From Rhodothermia bacterium (lineage in GTDB: Bacteria; Bacteroidota; Rhodothermia; Rhodothermales; UBA10348): DNA of 64,000 bases. Location: contig BTQE01000002.1 in the NCBI GenBank assembly GCA_036985715.1, positions 1,607 through 65,606 of the forward strand. Reading direction: 5' to 3'. Numbering within the stretch: the stretch's first letter is position 1; each line of letters starts with the position of its first letter. Positions 17,376 through 26,976 of the stretch are shown in pieces. Made by a program: the position numbers and the translations under genes. The notes under the pieces are model-generated. The model searched no databases and was not told the DNA's origin. It worked only from the letters and a program-made list of their open reading frames with translations.

Positions 17376-18851
17376 TCAGAAAGACGGAGTAGAAACTGCA
17401 CGTATATCATGGATATTTTCAATCCGTGACGCGACCTGAGTGCCAGCCCAAACCCGAGGGAAATGGCTCTCTAAAACGAGATTGGAATGGTCGAATCGTC
17501 GAATGACTCCTCGGCCCATAGTCTTTCCGCAGTGACTTACGAGCACCACTCCCGCATGGTCCATCTCGCCGGCCCGTGCTTCGATCCTTCTTCGAGAAAG
17601 GTAGGCATTCAGTTCGGGGCAACTGACCGAGTATCGATTCGCGTGGGCGAGGTGGCCAAGTAGCAAAGCTCCGGCCGTAGAGAGTCGATTGGGCTTGCCT
17701 TTTCGATTGATCGCCCGTACACCCCGCGAGAAACACATCTTTTGTGGTGGAGCGACAACTGATGTTGCTTCGATCGAGTCATATTTGCTCGAGACCCGGT
17801 GTACGCGATAGCCATTCAGCGAATCGGGAGGAATCCGGAAGTGTTCAAGCTCTTCGGGAATCAGTGAGGCCACACGAATCTCAGGGGCTGTATCAAGCGG
17901 CTCGACCGGAAGCTCTGAACCCTTTTCGTCTCGGTGTAGCGCTACAGCAAAGAACCCGCCCGTATCGTTCTGGTGGGGCCAGACACGGAATGCCCGACTC
18001 ATTTCAGATGGATATTGGACTCCATTCCACCGGGCGAGTCCTCGCGCTGACATCAGTTCCGGCACTTCCAAACGAAGAATAGAAAATGAGCGGCCGATTA
18101 TCGTGCTTTCGAGTACACTGGCCACAACGCCTTCACACTCTTCAGGCGCATACGTGCACGTGGAGTAAACCACGCGTCCCCCTGGTTTACAGAGTTTCAG
18201 GGCCCGTTCCAAGATCAGTTTTTGACGATTGATCAGGCGCTCTCTGAACGAATCGGTGGTCCTGGACAGGACGTCCCAGTGCTTTCGAGAGGTTCCTTCG
18301 CACGAACACGGTACATCAACGAGAATACGATCGTACATCCCCGCTGCTTTCGGATAGGATGAGGCGTCATGAGAGGTCAATACGACATTGGTAAGGCCCA
18401 ACCGATCTATCGTGGTCCTCACGACACCCAGTCGATTTCGGCTGAGGTCGTTGGCAACAACGGTGCCTCCGGCGTTCATACGCACAGCGATGCTGGCCGT
18501 CTTGTTGCCAGGGGCGGCGCAAAGATCCAAAACTCGGTCAGACGGCTGCGGATCGAGTAGAATCACCGGAAGCATCGAGATTGCTTCCTGAATGTGGAGA
18601 AGGCCGCTCAAATAGGCCGCAACGAACGGAATGGAGTCTGCGCTCGGCGAAGTATAAACGAGGTCAGCCCAGGAGACAGCGCGGGGCCCGTCCATCCGCT
18701 GCGGATTCCATTCGCCAAACCAAGCGGCAAATTCGCCGGCAGAAACTCGAAGGCTATTTCGCCAAATGGCCAGAGGAAGCGGCCTTTTGGAGACTTCACA
18801 AAATGCAGAAAAGTCGTCAACGATAGACCGATATCGTTCGAGTTCTTTCAT
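17376..18851 (-). CDS. RsmB/RsmF (NOL1/NOP2/Sun) family rRNA m5C methyltransferase with C-terminal extension
   Basis: LDLCAAPGNKT, ILVDVPCSCEGT, VVYSTCTYAPEECE. The start was moved from 18980 to the ATG at 18851 (MKELERYRSIVDDF...). The upstream 43 codons overlap the next gene's 3' end. Confidence 0.8.
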   Translation of the reverse strand: MKELERYRSIVDDFSAFCEVSKRPLPLAIWRNSLRVSAGEFAAWFGEWNPQRMDGPRAVSWADLVYTSPSADSIPFVAAYLSGLLHIQEAISMLPVILLDPQPSDRVLDLCAAPGNKTASIAVRMNAGGTVVANDLSRNRLGVVRTTIDRLGLTNVVLTSHDASSYPKAAGMYDRILVDVPCSCEGTSRKHWDVLSRTTDSFRERLINRQKLILERALKLCKPGGRVVYSTCTYAPEECEGVVASVLESTIIGRSFSILRLEVPELMSARGLARWNGVQYPSEMSRAFRVWPHQNDTGGFFAVALHRDEKGSELPVEPLDTAPEIRVASLIPEELEHFRIPPDSLNGYRVHRVSSKYDSIEATSVVAPPQKMCFSRGVRAINRKGKPNRLSTAGALLLGHLAHANRYSVSCPELNAYLSRRRIEARAGEMDHAGVVLVSHCGKTMGRGVIRRFDHSNLVLESHFPRVWAGTQVASRIENIHDIRAVSTPSF

Positions 18852-18864
18852 AGAAATCTTAAAA

Positions 18865-20904
18865 TCACGGCGATTGGAGGTCAACATCCAGCCGAAATCG
18901 AAGCCTGACTTGAAGAGCAAGATATTCAATGCCACCTGCCGGATGACTCGCATAGGAGGCATTCGTAATATTCTGACCACTCAGGCTGAATTGCAGATAA
19001 TCGTCCCAGAGTTCTTTCTGGACCGTGATATCCCATAACAGGTACGGTTTATCCAACGCTGGGTCCTTTTCCCGGTAACCCTTCCATGCTTGAACCGGGA
19101 TATACTCGACGCGGGAATACAGCCGAAAGCGAGGGTTAATAGACAGCCAGAGACTCGCAGTCGTCCGGTGACCCAGAGTCCCAGTGAATAGTTCTTCGAA
19201 GTCTGCTTCCTCTGAGGCGACCACGCCAACCCAGCTATGGTGAAATACCAGACGCGTCCGATTCGCGGGCACATACACCATCTGCGTGATGATTCCCACC
19301 AGCTTTCCGGATAGCCCATCCCGAAAATTCCATTCCGGAAATACATACGCCGACTTGTTGGATAGATCCACGATTGGTCTGGAAAGCGCACCGTCACGAA
19401 TGCCTCTGACTTGTCCGAGTACCTGGACCTTTAGATTGTCACGTATTCCTATCCTGGTTCCTATTTGCGCATGCAACTGGGTTGATTTCGATGTGGGAAG
19501 TGGCCTGAACCCATCGAATAGCTCATCGAACACAGGAATCGGAACAGCTGTAGTCAGTAATTGCTCAAATGATTCGGCGCTCGGCTGTACGATCTGATCA
19601 AATCCGGTCCGAAACAGGATGCTAACGTTTGGTCGTAGCCGCCAATCCGCTGCCCAGTTAAAGGCGAAATTGGCGGATCGAGCTCCATACTTTGATAGTG
19701 GCGAACTTGAAATGACAACCGCAACTAAATGCCGCGTAGCATTCATTCTCCAATCAGCACTTATCCGAAGGCTGGGAGAATTTCTTTTTTCGAACACCCG
19801 TTCCGAGAGTCTGTCCGAATATTTCAGTTGTGACACGCCCAGTTTTACTTCGTAGTGTCCCTCGCGTGATGGGATCTGTACGGCAAGGGAGGCATGGGTC
19901 CAGTCTCGAATCAATTCCACTCCGATAGGAAAAGAGTTTTGTCTTTCGCCCGCGATCGACTGGCGGCGATCTACGTAGTACGATAATCGCAGTTGCCTGG
20001 GAAGCTCGACTCCTCCGCTTGCCGTGAAGTAGCTCCAACGCTGACGGAAGGGAATTTCAAATCCAATCGCCCGACGATAAAGAAAATCGCCGAACGACGA
20101 TGCTCCTATCCGAACAGAATGTTGTCCGGCCGAATCCAATCTCGATACGAGAAAATCTACCGCAGAAAGCTCAAGTCTTGGGCTGTCGTGTCCGTTATAA
20201 ATGGAGCGGACGCGGGCGGCGATTTTCTCATCGGTAACATGGTGCTCATCACTTCGGAGAAGAAGCCGGGAGTACCAGACCCCTGACCGATAGGATACCG
20301 TTGTTTCTAATTGAGGGCCGCTGCGATCAACGTTTGGGCTGTTTCGACTCGTGTATCGATACGGGCCGGGGTCATTTATTTCATTGGTTCCGGATATATC
20401 AGCGCGAATCGAAAATCCCGGCCGCTGCAAAGTTCTAATATCTATTCTGCCTGATCGGGGACGATATGACTCCTCATCGATAGACATCGTAGAGTACGAT
20501 ATCGACTCAATCTCAGACACTGTTGTCGGTATCAAATTGATCTGGGAAACGCCCAGTAAATGAAAGGACTGCGGAATTCCATCGAGATAAATGGTCGGTG
20601 CCGGATCGTCCAGCGATGACAGGCCCAGGATGGATAATCGATATGAAAACCCATCGATCGAGGATGATCTCATTCCCGGCAGTGTGGAAAGGAGTTTACC
20701 CAGACGTGAAATACCGGTTGCGGAAAGGTCCTCGCGAGAAAGAACCGATATGGGTGGTGATTGAAATACCTCTTGCGCCCATCCAGATTTGGACTGTAGC
20801 AAGGATATCACCGATGCCAGAAACACAGTGTGTAGAAAAAGGATGTTATTGCGCTTTCCGAAGAACAAAATCCACTGAACTATTCCAACACGGACCGAAG
20901 CCAT
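18865..20904 (-). CDS. Outer-membrane beta-barrel protein with a TonB-dependent-receptor plug-like N-terminal region
   Basis: 679 aa with a signal-like N-terminus. Plug-like segment DLSATGISRLGKLLSTLPGMRSSSIDGF...IYLDGIPQ, followed by a long region with beta-strand character. Confidence 0.55.
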   Translation of the reverse strand: MASVRVGIVQWILFFGKRNNILFLHTVFLASVISLLQSKSGWAQEVFQSPPISVLSREDLSATGISRLGKLLSTLPGMRSSSIDGFSYRLSILGLSSLDDPAPTIYLDGIPQSFHLLGVSQINLIPTTVSEIESISYSTMSIDEESYRPRSGRIDIRTLQRPGFSIRADISGTNEINDPGPYRYTSRNSPNVDRSGPQLETTVSYRSGVWYSRLLLRSDEHHVTDEKIAARVRSIYNGHDSPRLELSAVDFLVSRLDSAGQHSVRIGASSFGDFLYRRAIGFEIPFRQRWSYFTASGGVELPRQLRLSYYVDRRQSIAGERQNSFPIGVELIRDWTHASLAVQIPSREGHYEVKLGVSQLKYSDRLSERVFEKRNSPSLRISADWRMNATRHLVAVVISSSPLSKYGARSANFAFNWAADWRLRPNVSILFRTGFDQIVQPSAESFEQLLTTAVPIPVFDELFDGFRPLPTSKSTQLHAQIGTRIGIRDNLKVQVLGQVRGIRDGALSRPIVDLSNKSAYVFPEWNFRDGLSGKLVGIITQMVYVPANRTRLVFHHSWVGVVASEEADFEELFTGTLGHRTTASLWLSINPRFRLYSRVEYIPVQAWKGYREKDPALDKPYLLWDITVQKELWDDYLQFSLSGQNITNASYASHPAGGIEYLALQVRLRFRLDVDLQSP

Positions 20905-21479
20905 GCGGGCATGTCCAACTGAACAATCAGACCTGTACTCACATAGAACAGATTCATTCGGGTTCGAGTCATGATTCTTGAATACGTCCCCTCCAGATAA
21001 ATTCGCAATGTATTGGACAAGGGGACCTGCACATTCTGAAAGAGACTATATACCAACTCACTCTCATTGCGAACGCCCGCTAAATCTTCGGTGTCAAATG
21101 CCATATAAACGAGACCGAATCTGAGTCCGCTATCATAATTGATACCCTTATCCGCGTGCCATCGATACTGCCATCCCAACCGGGCGTGCAGAGACCAATA
21201 GGAGGGAAGATCTTCTGTTCGGCCAGTGAAAGGCTCAAATTGAAAACCGAAATGAGTCCATCCTGCGTAAAAGGGGGTGGATGCTTCCAGAACAGCGGAC
21301 GCTCCGGAATTCCATGATTCCAGGAGCCGATCCGTACTCAGGTTCTTCGAGACACCCAACTTAACTTCCAATTCGGAAAACGGATCGGGCTGCGCGACGA
21401 GAGTTCCATTCGGGTTTGTGGCCGTGAATCCGACGACCAAGATGAAGACAAGAAGTGTAGGGTGTAGGCGGCTTAACAT
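20880..21479 (-). CDS. Hypothetical secreted or small outer-membrane beta-barrel protein
   Basis: 199 aa with a signal peptide (MLSRLHPTLLVFILVVGFTA) and an aromatic-rich alternating pattern. Its 3' end overlaps the downstream gene start by 25 nt. No recognised motif. Confidence 0.45.
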   Translation of the reverse strand: MLSRLHPTLLVFILVVGFTATNPNGTLVAQPDPFSELEVKLGVSKNLSTDRLLESWNSGASAVLEASTPFYAGWTHFGFQFEPFTGRTEDLPSYWSLHARLGWQYRWHADKGINYDSGLRFGLVYMAFDTEDLAGVRNESELVYSLFQNVQVPLSNTLRIYLEGTYSRIMTRTRMNLFYVSTGLIVQLDMPAWLRSVLE

Positions 21480-21720
21480 CGAATCACAGACCAGCGTCCT
21501 CGCGCTTCGCTATCCTTTACTTACGGTCCTCTGGGCAGAAGATCAATAGTGGAAGCGAGACATTGACCTTAACAATTTCAGACGCGGCAAAGGGGCAGAT
21601 AAAGTTGGTCCTCTATATACGTATTATCAATGAGACCAGGAACCCGAGTCTTTTTCGGTATTTTTAGAGTCTTCGGTATAGATTCGCGGTTCCTGCTCAG
21701 CAAGTAGATCAACACCGTTT

Positions 21721-21760
21721 CCGGAAGTGTCCGGAATAGTCCAGAAGTGTCCAGAAGAAC
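21721..21760 (+). repeat. Imperfect 20-bp tandem direct repeat spanning the GTG start of the sugar transferase gene
   Basis: CCGGAAGTGTCCGGAATAGT / CCAGAAGTGTCCAGAAGAAC, with 15 of 20 positions identical by my count. GAAGTGTCC occurs in both copies. The GTG in the second copy (21747) is the ORF start. Confidence 0.7.
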
Positions 21761-23180
21761 TGAACTGATATTCCTCCTGGCGGCTGATGCCCTCGCCCTT
21801 GCCTGGGCCAATTTGATATGGTATTGGAGCCGGTTCAATTGGGGTTGGTTCTCCGACCCGGTATTTGCCCCCGATACCGGATACGTTTGGATATTGGTCT
21901 CATTGCTGACCCTGTACTGGCTGGTTCTGTTTTTAGTCTATGGGATGTATCGCGAACGGTACGCAGCGAGTCGATTCGATGAGCTGGTATCACTGGCAAA
22001 AGTGGTTACATTTGGCATTCTAGTACTGTTCTTTCTTCTGTTCATTGAAAACCTGGATGCCTATTCGGCGCGTTCCAATCTCTTCTTTTACTTTGCCGCC
22101 GTATTCGTGTTGGTTGCTACGGGTCGAGTTTTCGTTCGATCCGTGCAGAAGCTGCTCATCCTGAGAGGGTATGGATTGCACAGAACACTGATTGTCGGGT
22201 GGAGTGACATCCTTGATCAACTGTACGAAGAGGTGGCGCGCTACCCGGAGGCGGGTCTCGATATCGTTGGCGCACTGCGACTGAAGCGCCAGATGGTACC
22301 GTCTCCGGTTGGGATTGAACCCGAAGACGGAGATTTACCGTCAACCGATTCCGACAATCTTTCATCGATTCAAGAGCTCCCCAAACTGATCGACGATCTC
22401 GATATTCAGGATGTTTTGATTGCTCTCGGGGCGGATGATGGCGGTTCCCTGATGGAAGTGCTTCGTCTCTGCGACGGTAAATCGGTTTCCCTGAAACTGG
22501 TCCCGGATTTCTATACCATCATTGGTGGCATGGCGCGAACCGAGCATATGTACGGTCTCCCTCTAATAGAAGTATTGCCGGAGCCGATGCAGGCCTGGGA
22601 GGAGAGTCTGAAACGACTCCTGGATCTTATGATATCGGGCACGGTCCTCGTCGTCGGACTTTTGCTCTGGAGCGTAATTGGTGTCATGATTCGTCTAACG
22701 TCATCAGGCCCAGCAATTTATCGCCAGTATCGGGTCGGTCAACACGGCCGAGAGTTCGTTATGTACAAATTTCGCACGATGCGAAACGACGCAGAAGCTA
22801 AAACCGGCCCCGTTTGGGCAGCTGAGGACGATCCCAGGTATACGCGATTCGGTCGTTGGCTTAGAAAGTGGCGGATCGACGAAATCCCTCAAATGTGGAA
22901 CGTCTTCAAAGGCGATATGAGTCTCGTGGGCCCTAGACCGGAACGACCTTTCTTCGTCGAGAAATTTTCGCCCCAAATCCCCCTGTATTCCAGGCGGCAT
23001 CGGGTAAAACCTGGTATTACCGGATGGGCACAAGTAAAATGGAGATATGATTCTAGTCTCGACGACGTTCGGCAAAAAGTGAAGTTCGATCTGTTCTACA
23101 TAGAGAACATGAGCTTCAGGCGTGATCTACAGATTCTATTCCGTACAGTTTATACGGCAATTCGTGGTGCGGGACGGTAG
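21747..23180 (+). CDS. Polyprenyl-phosphate glycosyl-1-phosphate transferase (bacterial sugar transferase, WbaP/EPS-priming type)
   Basis: N-terminal TM helices and a central linker domain. The C-terminal catalytic domain carries IYRQYRVGQHGREFVMYKFRTM, DEIPQMWNVFKGDMSLVGPRPERP, GITGWAQV. GTG start. Confidence 0.85.
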   Translation: MSRRTELIFLLAADALALAWANLIWYWSRFNWGWFSDPVFAPDTGYVWILVSLLTLYWLVLFLVYGMYRERYAASRFDELVSLAKVVTFGILVLFFLLFIENLDAYSARSNLFFYFAAVFVLVATGRVFVRSVQKLLILRGYGLHRTLIVGWSDILDQLYEEVARYPEAGLDIVGALRLKRQMVPSPVGIEPEDGDLPSTDSDNLSSIQELPKLIDDLDIQDVLIALGADDGGSLMEVLRLCDGKSVSLKLVPDFYTIIGGMARTEHMYGLPLIEVLPEPMQAWEESLKRLLDLMISGTVLVVGLLLWSVIGVMIRLTSSGPAIYRQYRVGQHGREFVMYKFRTMRNDAEAKTGPVWAAEDDPRYTRFGRWLRKWRIDEIPQMWNVFKGDMSLVGPRPERPFFVEKFSPQIPLYSRRHRVKPGITGWAQVKWRYDSSLDDVRQKVKFDLFYIENMSFRRDLQILFRTVYTAIRGAGR

Positions 23181-23258
23181 GTTGTATTCGGCTCCTCAGG
23201 AATCAAGGCCGCCTCGAACCGGTTCTGATTCGCAGCCGGCAGCAGGCAAATTCAGAAT

Positions 23259-24737
23259 ATGAAAGATCAATTCGAAGCGGTTATTGGACTCGAGGTGCAC
23301 TGTCAACTGTCGACCGACTCGAAGGCATTCAGTACTGAGCAGGCTTCGTTTCAATCGGATCCAAATCAGCAGATTGATCCTTTATCACTCGGGCATCCCG
23401 GGACGTTGCCTGTCTACAATAAACGTGCAGTAGAATTAACCCTGAAGATGGGTCTGGCCACTCATTCGACCATCAATCAGCGGTCTGTATTCGCTCGCAA
23501 ACACTATTTCTATCCGGATCTCCCAAAGGGTTACCAGATTTCCCAATACGAGCGACCGATTTGTACGGGCGGATACATAGAAATCGCGGTGGAGCATGAT
23601 CCATCAAAAACCCGTCAAATTCGTCTTACCCGAATTCATGTAGAAGAGGATGCAGGAAAGAGTGTTCACGACGCGCATTCGGAATCAACTCTTCTCGACT
23701 TTAACCGCTCCGGCGTTCCATTGATCGAGATCGTAACAGAACCGGATATTCGAACACCCCACGAGGCCTACAAAACCATGCGCAAGATCAGGCAATTGGT
23801 TCGGTACCTGGATATTTGTGATGGAAACATGGAGGAAGGGTCACTCCGGTGCGATGCAAACATATCGATTCGTCCAACGGACTCATCCGAGTTGGGACAG
23901 AAAGCTGAAATAAAGAATCTAAACTCTTTCCGATTTCTTGAGCGTGCCCTCACGTATGAAATTGAACGACAGGTGAGTCTGCTGAGCGAGGGACAGGCGG
24001 TCACAGCAGAAACACGTTTATGGGATGAGAAAAAGGGTGAGACACGCTCGATGCGATCAAAAGAAGATGCTCATGACTACCGATATTTTCCCGATCCGGA
24101 TCTGCCTCCGTTGATGGTGTCCGATGAAATGTTATCTCACGCGAACAATGAAATGACATCCCTGCCGGATGAACGAATAGGGAAGTACATGTCCGAATGG
24201 GAGCTGCCTTTCCGTGATGGTGAAGTACTGACCGCAGAGCGGGAGATAGCAGACTATTTCGAAGACTGCGTGTCGTATCTCGTTAATGATGGGAAGTTTA
24301 GTGCCCAGGTGGTTGCGAAAACCGTTTCAAATTTTTTGATGACTCACGCCCTTGAAACGCTGAAGACGAAAGACTTGGGACAGGTGGATATCGCTATCGA
24401 TTCAATCCGGTTCTCGGAGCTGATAGCAATGCGTCTCGAGGATCGAATCAGCTCAACCGCTGCCGTCGAAATATTCGAAGAGATGCTCGTTTCACAAGAT
24501 CCGCCCGAAACTATTGCCGAGAATCGCAATCTGTTTCAGGTCCAGGACGTTGACGAGATTTCCCGAGTCGTCAATGAAGTGTTGACGAATCATCCCGAAA
24601 ACGTAGACTCATATCAGGCTGGAAAGGTCGGTCTGATTGGATTCTTTATCGGACAGGTGATGTCGACGTATCCTGGATCACCCGATCCTAAAATGGTACG
24701 GGCACTTTTGGAGGAGAAGCTGGGTTCAATCGAATAG
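23259..24737 (+). CDS. gatB: Asp-tRNA(Asn)/Glu-tRNA(Gln) amidotransferase subunit B
   Basis: FEAVIGLEVHCQL, KHYFYPDLPKGYQISQ, VEEDAGKS, DFNRSGVPLIEIVTEPD. Confidence 0.92.
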   Translation: MKDQFEAVIGLEVHCQLSTDSKAFSTEQASFQSDPNQQIDPLSLGHPGTLPVYNKRAVELTLKMGLATHSTINQRSVFARKHYFYPDLPKGYQISQYERPICTGGYIEIAVEHDPSKTRQIRLTRIHVEEDAGKSVHDAHSESTLLDFNRSGVPLIEIVTEPDIRTPHEAYKTMRKIRQLVRYLDICDGNMEEGSLRCDANISIRPTDSSELGQKAEIKNLNSFRFLERALTYEIERQVSLLSEGQAVTAETRLWDEKKGETRSMRSKEDAHDYRYFPDPDLPPLMVSDEMLSHANNEMTSLPDERIGKYMSEWELPFRDGEVLTAEREIADYFEDCVSYLVNDGKFSAQVVAKTVSNFLMTHALETLKTKDLGQVDIAIDSIRFSELIAMRLEDRISSTAAVEIFEEMLVSQDPPETIAENRNLFQVQDVDEISRVVNEVLTNHPENVDSYQAGKVGLIGFFIGQVMSTYPGSPDPKMVRALLEEKLGSIE

Positions 24738-24764
24738 TCAGAAATCAATAATGGCCAGTTCCAG

Positions 24765-26162
24765 ATGAAAAAAAGGCGTGGAAGATCCAATGTCGCCTGG
24801 GTGTGGACCGCGATGGTACTATCCGCGACCCTGCTTTCGGCGTGTAGTGAAAAGGCTCCGTCAAGAATACACGCGTTTGCGGAAGGGAATTTCTCCATTA
24901 CGAATCAGCAGGACTCCACCAAGGATTTTAGCGGTTTTGAGATTGTTCTCGTCACCCAGACGGAAGGGGATGTCGATACACTTGGGGTGACAGAAACCAA
25001 TGTGAAAGGGGACTTCCGAATGGATATTTCTGCCCTCGAGGAGGGCGTTTTCCCTTTTATTGTCAGTCGTGCTGGTACAAGGCTGGCTATAGCAGAATTC
25101 GTGGTCGTGGAAGGCGATACGACGACCGTAAGTGGATCATTCCCACTCGGCGGGAGACGTCTACGGATTGTATCGCCGGAGAATGCGGCCTGGACGGCAT
25201 ATCGGAATGCCAAGGCGCTGCACAATCAAAGAATGTTGGATTTGGTGCAGTCCCAGACTGCGAGCAGCGAAAATATGTTCAATACAATTGCCAGTACGAG
25301 CACAATACTTTGGAGTCTTCGCTCGAGTTACCCGTCCAGTATGGCTACAAAACTTGCGTCGGCCGAGTCGGTGGTCATGCTGGAAGGTTGGCAGGACTCC
25401 CTCGTCATCGCCCGGCTTCCGGAGCTTGGGATCGATAATAGTGGAATTGTCGGTGCAGTGAGGGCCGCAAGGCGTTCGGTGGCCCGCCAGATAGGTCAGG
25501 ATTCGTCTCTGAGCCTGTTGCGTTCCTACTGGCAGAGAGTCCCCGACGAGAGTCAAAAAGCAGAATTACAGATGGAACTCGTCGTCGCGCTGCTCGATAG
25601 CTTTCAGAACGATCTTGCCTTGCAGGAAGCTCTGGAGCTTCGTCGTTTATATCCGGATTCTGAGTGGGCGACATGGGCCGCACGGGCGACGTATGAAATT
25701 GAAAACCTGTTACCGGGGATGGTGGCACCGGCGTTTCAGGTTGTTCTAAGAAATGGGATCAAACTTTCGTCGGAGCGCCTGCTTGGTAAGTTTCTGATCC
25801 TCGAGTTTTTTGAGCCCACCGATGACATCTTCATCAAAGAAATCGGTGAACGGAATACGGTCTTTCAGCTACTGAATGAAAATGTATTCCAGATCCTTTC
25901 GATCTCGATAGATCCCGACTCGGTGGTTAACGAAGCCCTTTTCGAGGAGGCGACTCCACCAGGCATGTTCGCGTTTGCAGACGGGGGGAAGGAGTCGGAC
26001 ATCGCTCGATTGTACAATGTCCACGTCATTCCTACGAGGTTCTTGATCGATCCAGACGGATTGATCGTTTCAAAATACACGCGTTCTGGGATGCTGGACC
26101 TGAAGGAGGACTTGATCGCCATTATTGCCCGTTTGAACCAGATGGCTTCCCAGCCAAACTGA
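24765..26162 (+). CDS. Lipoprotein with a C-terminal thioredoxin-fold (TlpA/AhpC-like) domain lacking the CXXC motif
   Basis: Lipobox LLSAC. The C-terminal GKFLILEFFEPTDDIF...ILSISIDPD...YNVHVIPTRFLIDPDGLIV follows the TlpA layout, but FEPTDDIF occupies the place of WATWCGPC. Confidence 0.6.
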   Translation: MKKRRGRSNVAWVWTAMVLSATLLSACSEKAPSRIHAFAEGNFSITNQQDSTKDFSGFEIVLVTQTEGDVDTLGVTETNVKGDFRMDISALEEGVFPFIVSRAGTRLAIAEFVVVEGDTTTVSGSFPLGGRRLRIVSPENAAWTAYRNAKALHNQRMLDLVQSQTASSENMFNTIASTSTILWSLRSSYPSSMATKLASAESVVMLEGWQDSLVIARLPELGIDNSGIVGAVRAARRSVARQIGQDSSLSLLRSYWQRVPDESQKAELQMELVVALLDSFQNDLALQEALELRRLYPDSEWATWAARATYEIENLLPGMVAPAFQVVLRNGIKLSSERLLGKFLILEFFEPTDDIFIKEIGERNTVFQLLNENVFQILSISIDPDSVVNEALFEEATPPGMFAFADGGKESDIARLYNVHVIPTRFLIDPDGLIVSKYTRSGMLDLKEDLIAIIARLNQMASQPN

Positions 26163-26215
26163 ATCCTTCGGATCCATTTTCCATAAACAGACACGCTCAC
26201 GCAGCCACTTCTCTT

Positions 26216-26971
26216 ATGCTTATCGCTGGAAATTGGAAAATGAACTCAGATCACACGTCGGCCAGGCAACTCGCCAGCGCGGTTGTCTCGGCTGTTGGAG
26301 ATCCGATGCAGGTCCACGTCGCGGTTTGTCCTCCATTCGTTAATCTGGATGCGACATTTGATGTTTTGCATGGCACACCCATTCGATTGGGTGCTCAGAA
26401 CATGCACGAGGAAGATGCGGGTGCATTCACCGGGGAAGTTTCGGCTTCCATGCTCAGAGCCGTCGGGTGCTATTATGTTATTCTGGGTCATTCTGAGCGG
26501 CGTCAGTACTTTGGGGAGTCCGACGCCGGCGTGAAACGTAAAATTGTCCAGTCCCATTCTCATTCACTCGTACCGATCGTGTGTGTTGGCGAAACGCTCG
26601 ATGAGCGAGAAGCCGGACGAGCTGTCGAAGTGGTGTCCGACCAAGTGTCTTCTGCACTGGAAGGGGTGACTCTGGTCTCCGCGGATCACCTTGTCATTGC
26701 CTATGAGCCAATCTGGGCGATAGGGACTGGGAAAACAGCATCACCTGAAGAAGCCCAGGATATGCACGCCGTCATTCGCTCGTTGTTGGTGAGTCAATTC
26801 GGCGATGATTCTGGAGCCGCTGTAGACATCCTGTACGGTGGAAGCATGAGACCCGATAATGCAGCTTCACTACTTGAGAAAAAGGATGTTGACGGCGGAC
26901 TTGTCGGTGGAGCCAGCCTTAGGGCTGAAGAGTTTGCAAAGATCGTTCGAGCTGCCCAAGAAACGGCCTGA
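26216..26971 (+). CDS. tpiA: Triosephosphate isomerase
   Basis: LIAGNWKMN, VILGHSERR, AYEPIWAIGTG, LYGGS. Confidence 0.93.
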   Translation: MLIAGNWKMNSDHTSARQLASAVVSAVGDPMQVHVAVCPPFVNLDATFDVLHGTPIRLGAQNMHEEDAGAFTGEVSASMLRAVGCYYVILGHSERRQYFGESDAGVKRKIVQSHSHSLVPIVCVGETLDEREAGRAVEVVSDQVSSALEGVTLVSADHLVIAYEPIWAIGTGKTASPEEAQDMHAVIRSLLVSQFGDDSGAAVDILYGGSMRPDNAASLLEKKDVDGGLVGGASLRAEEFAKIVRAAQETA

Positions 26972-26976
26972 CAGCC

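Noticed and set aside
17376-18980. Track start at 18980 for the RsmF-like methyltransferase
   Set aside because: The extra 43 codons overlap the 3' end of the neighbouring outer-membrane protein gene. MKELERYRSIV at 18851 is a natural N-terminus for this family.
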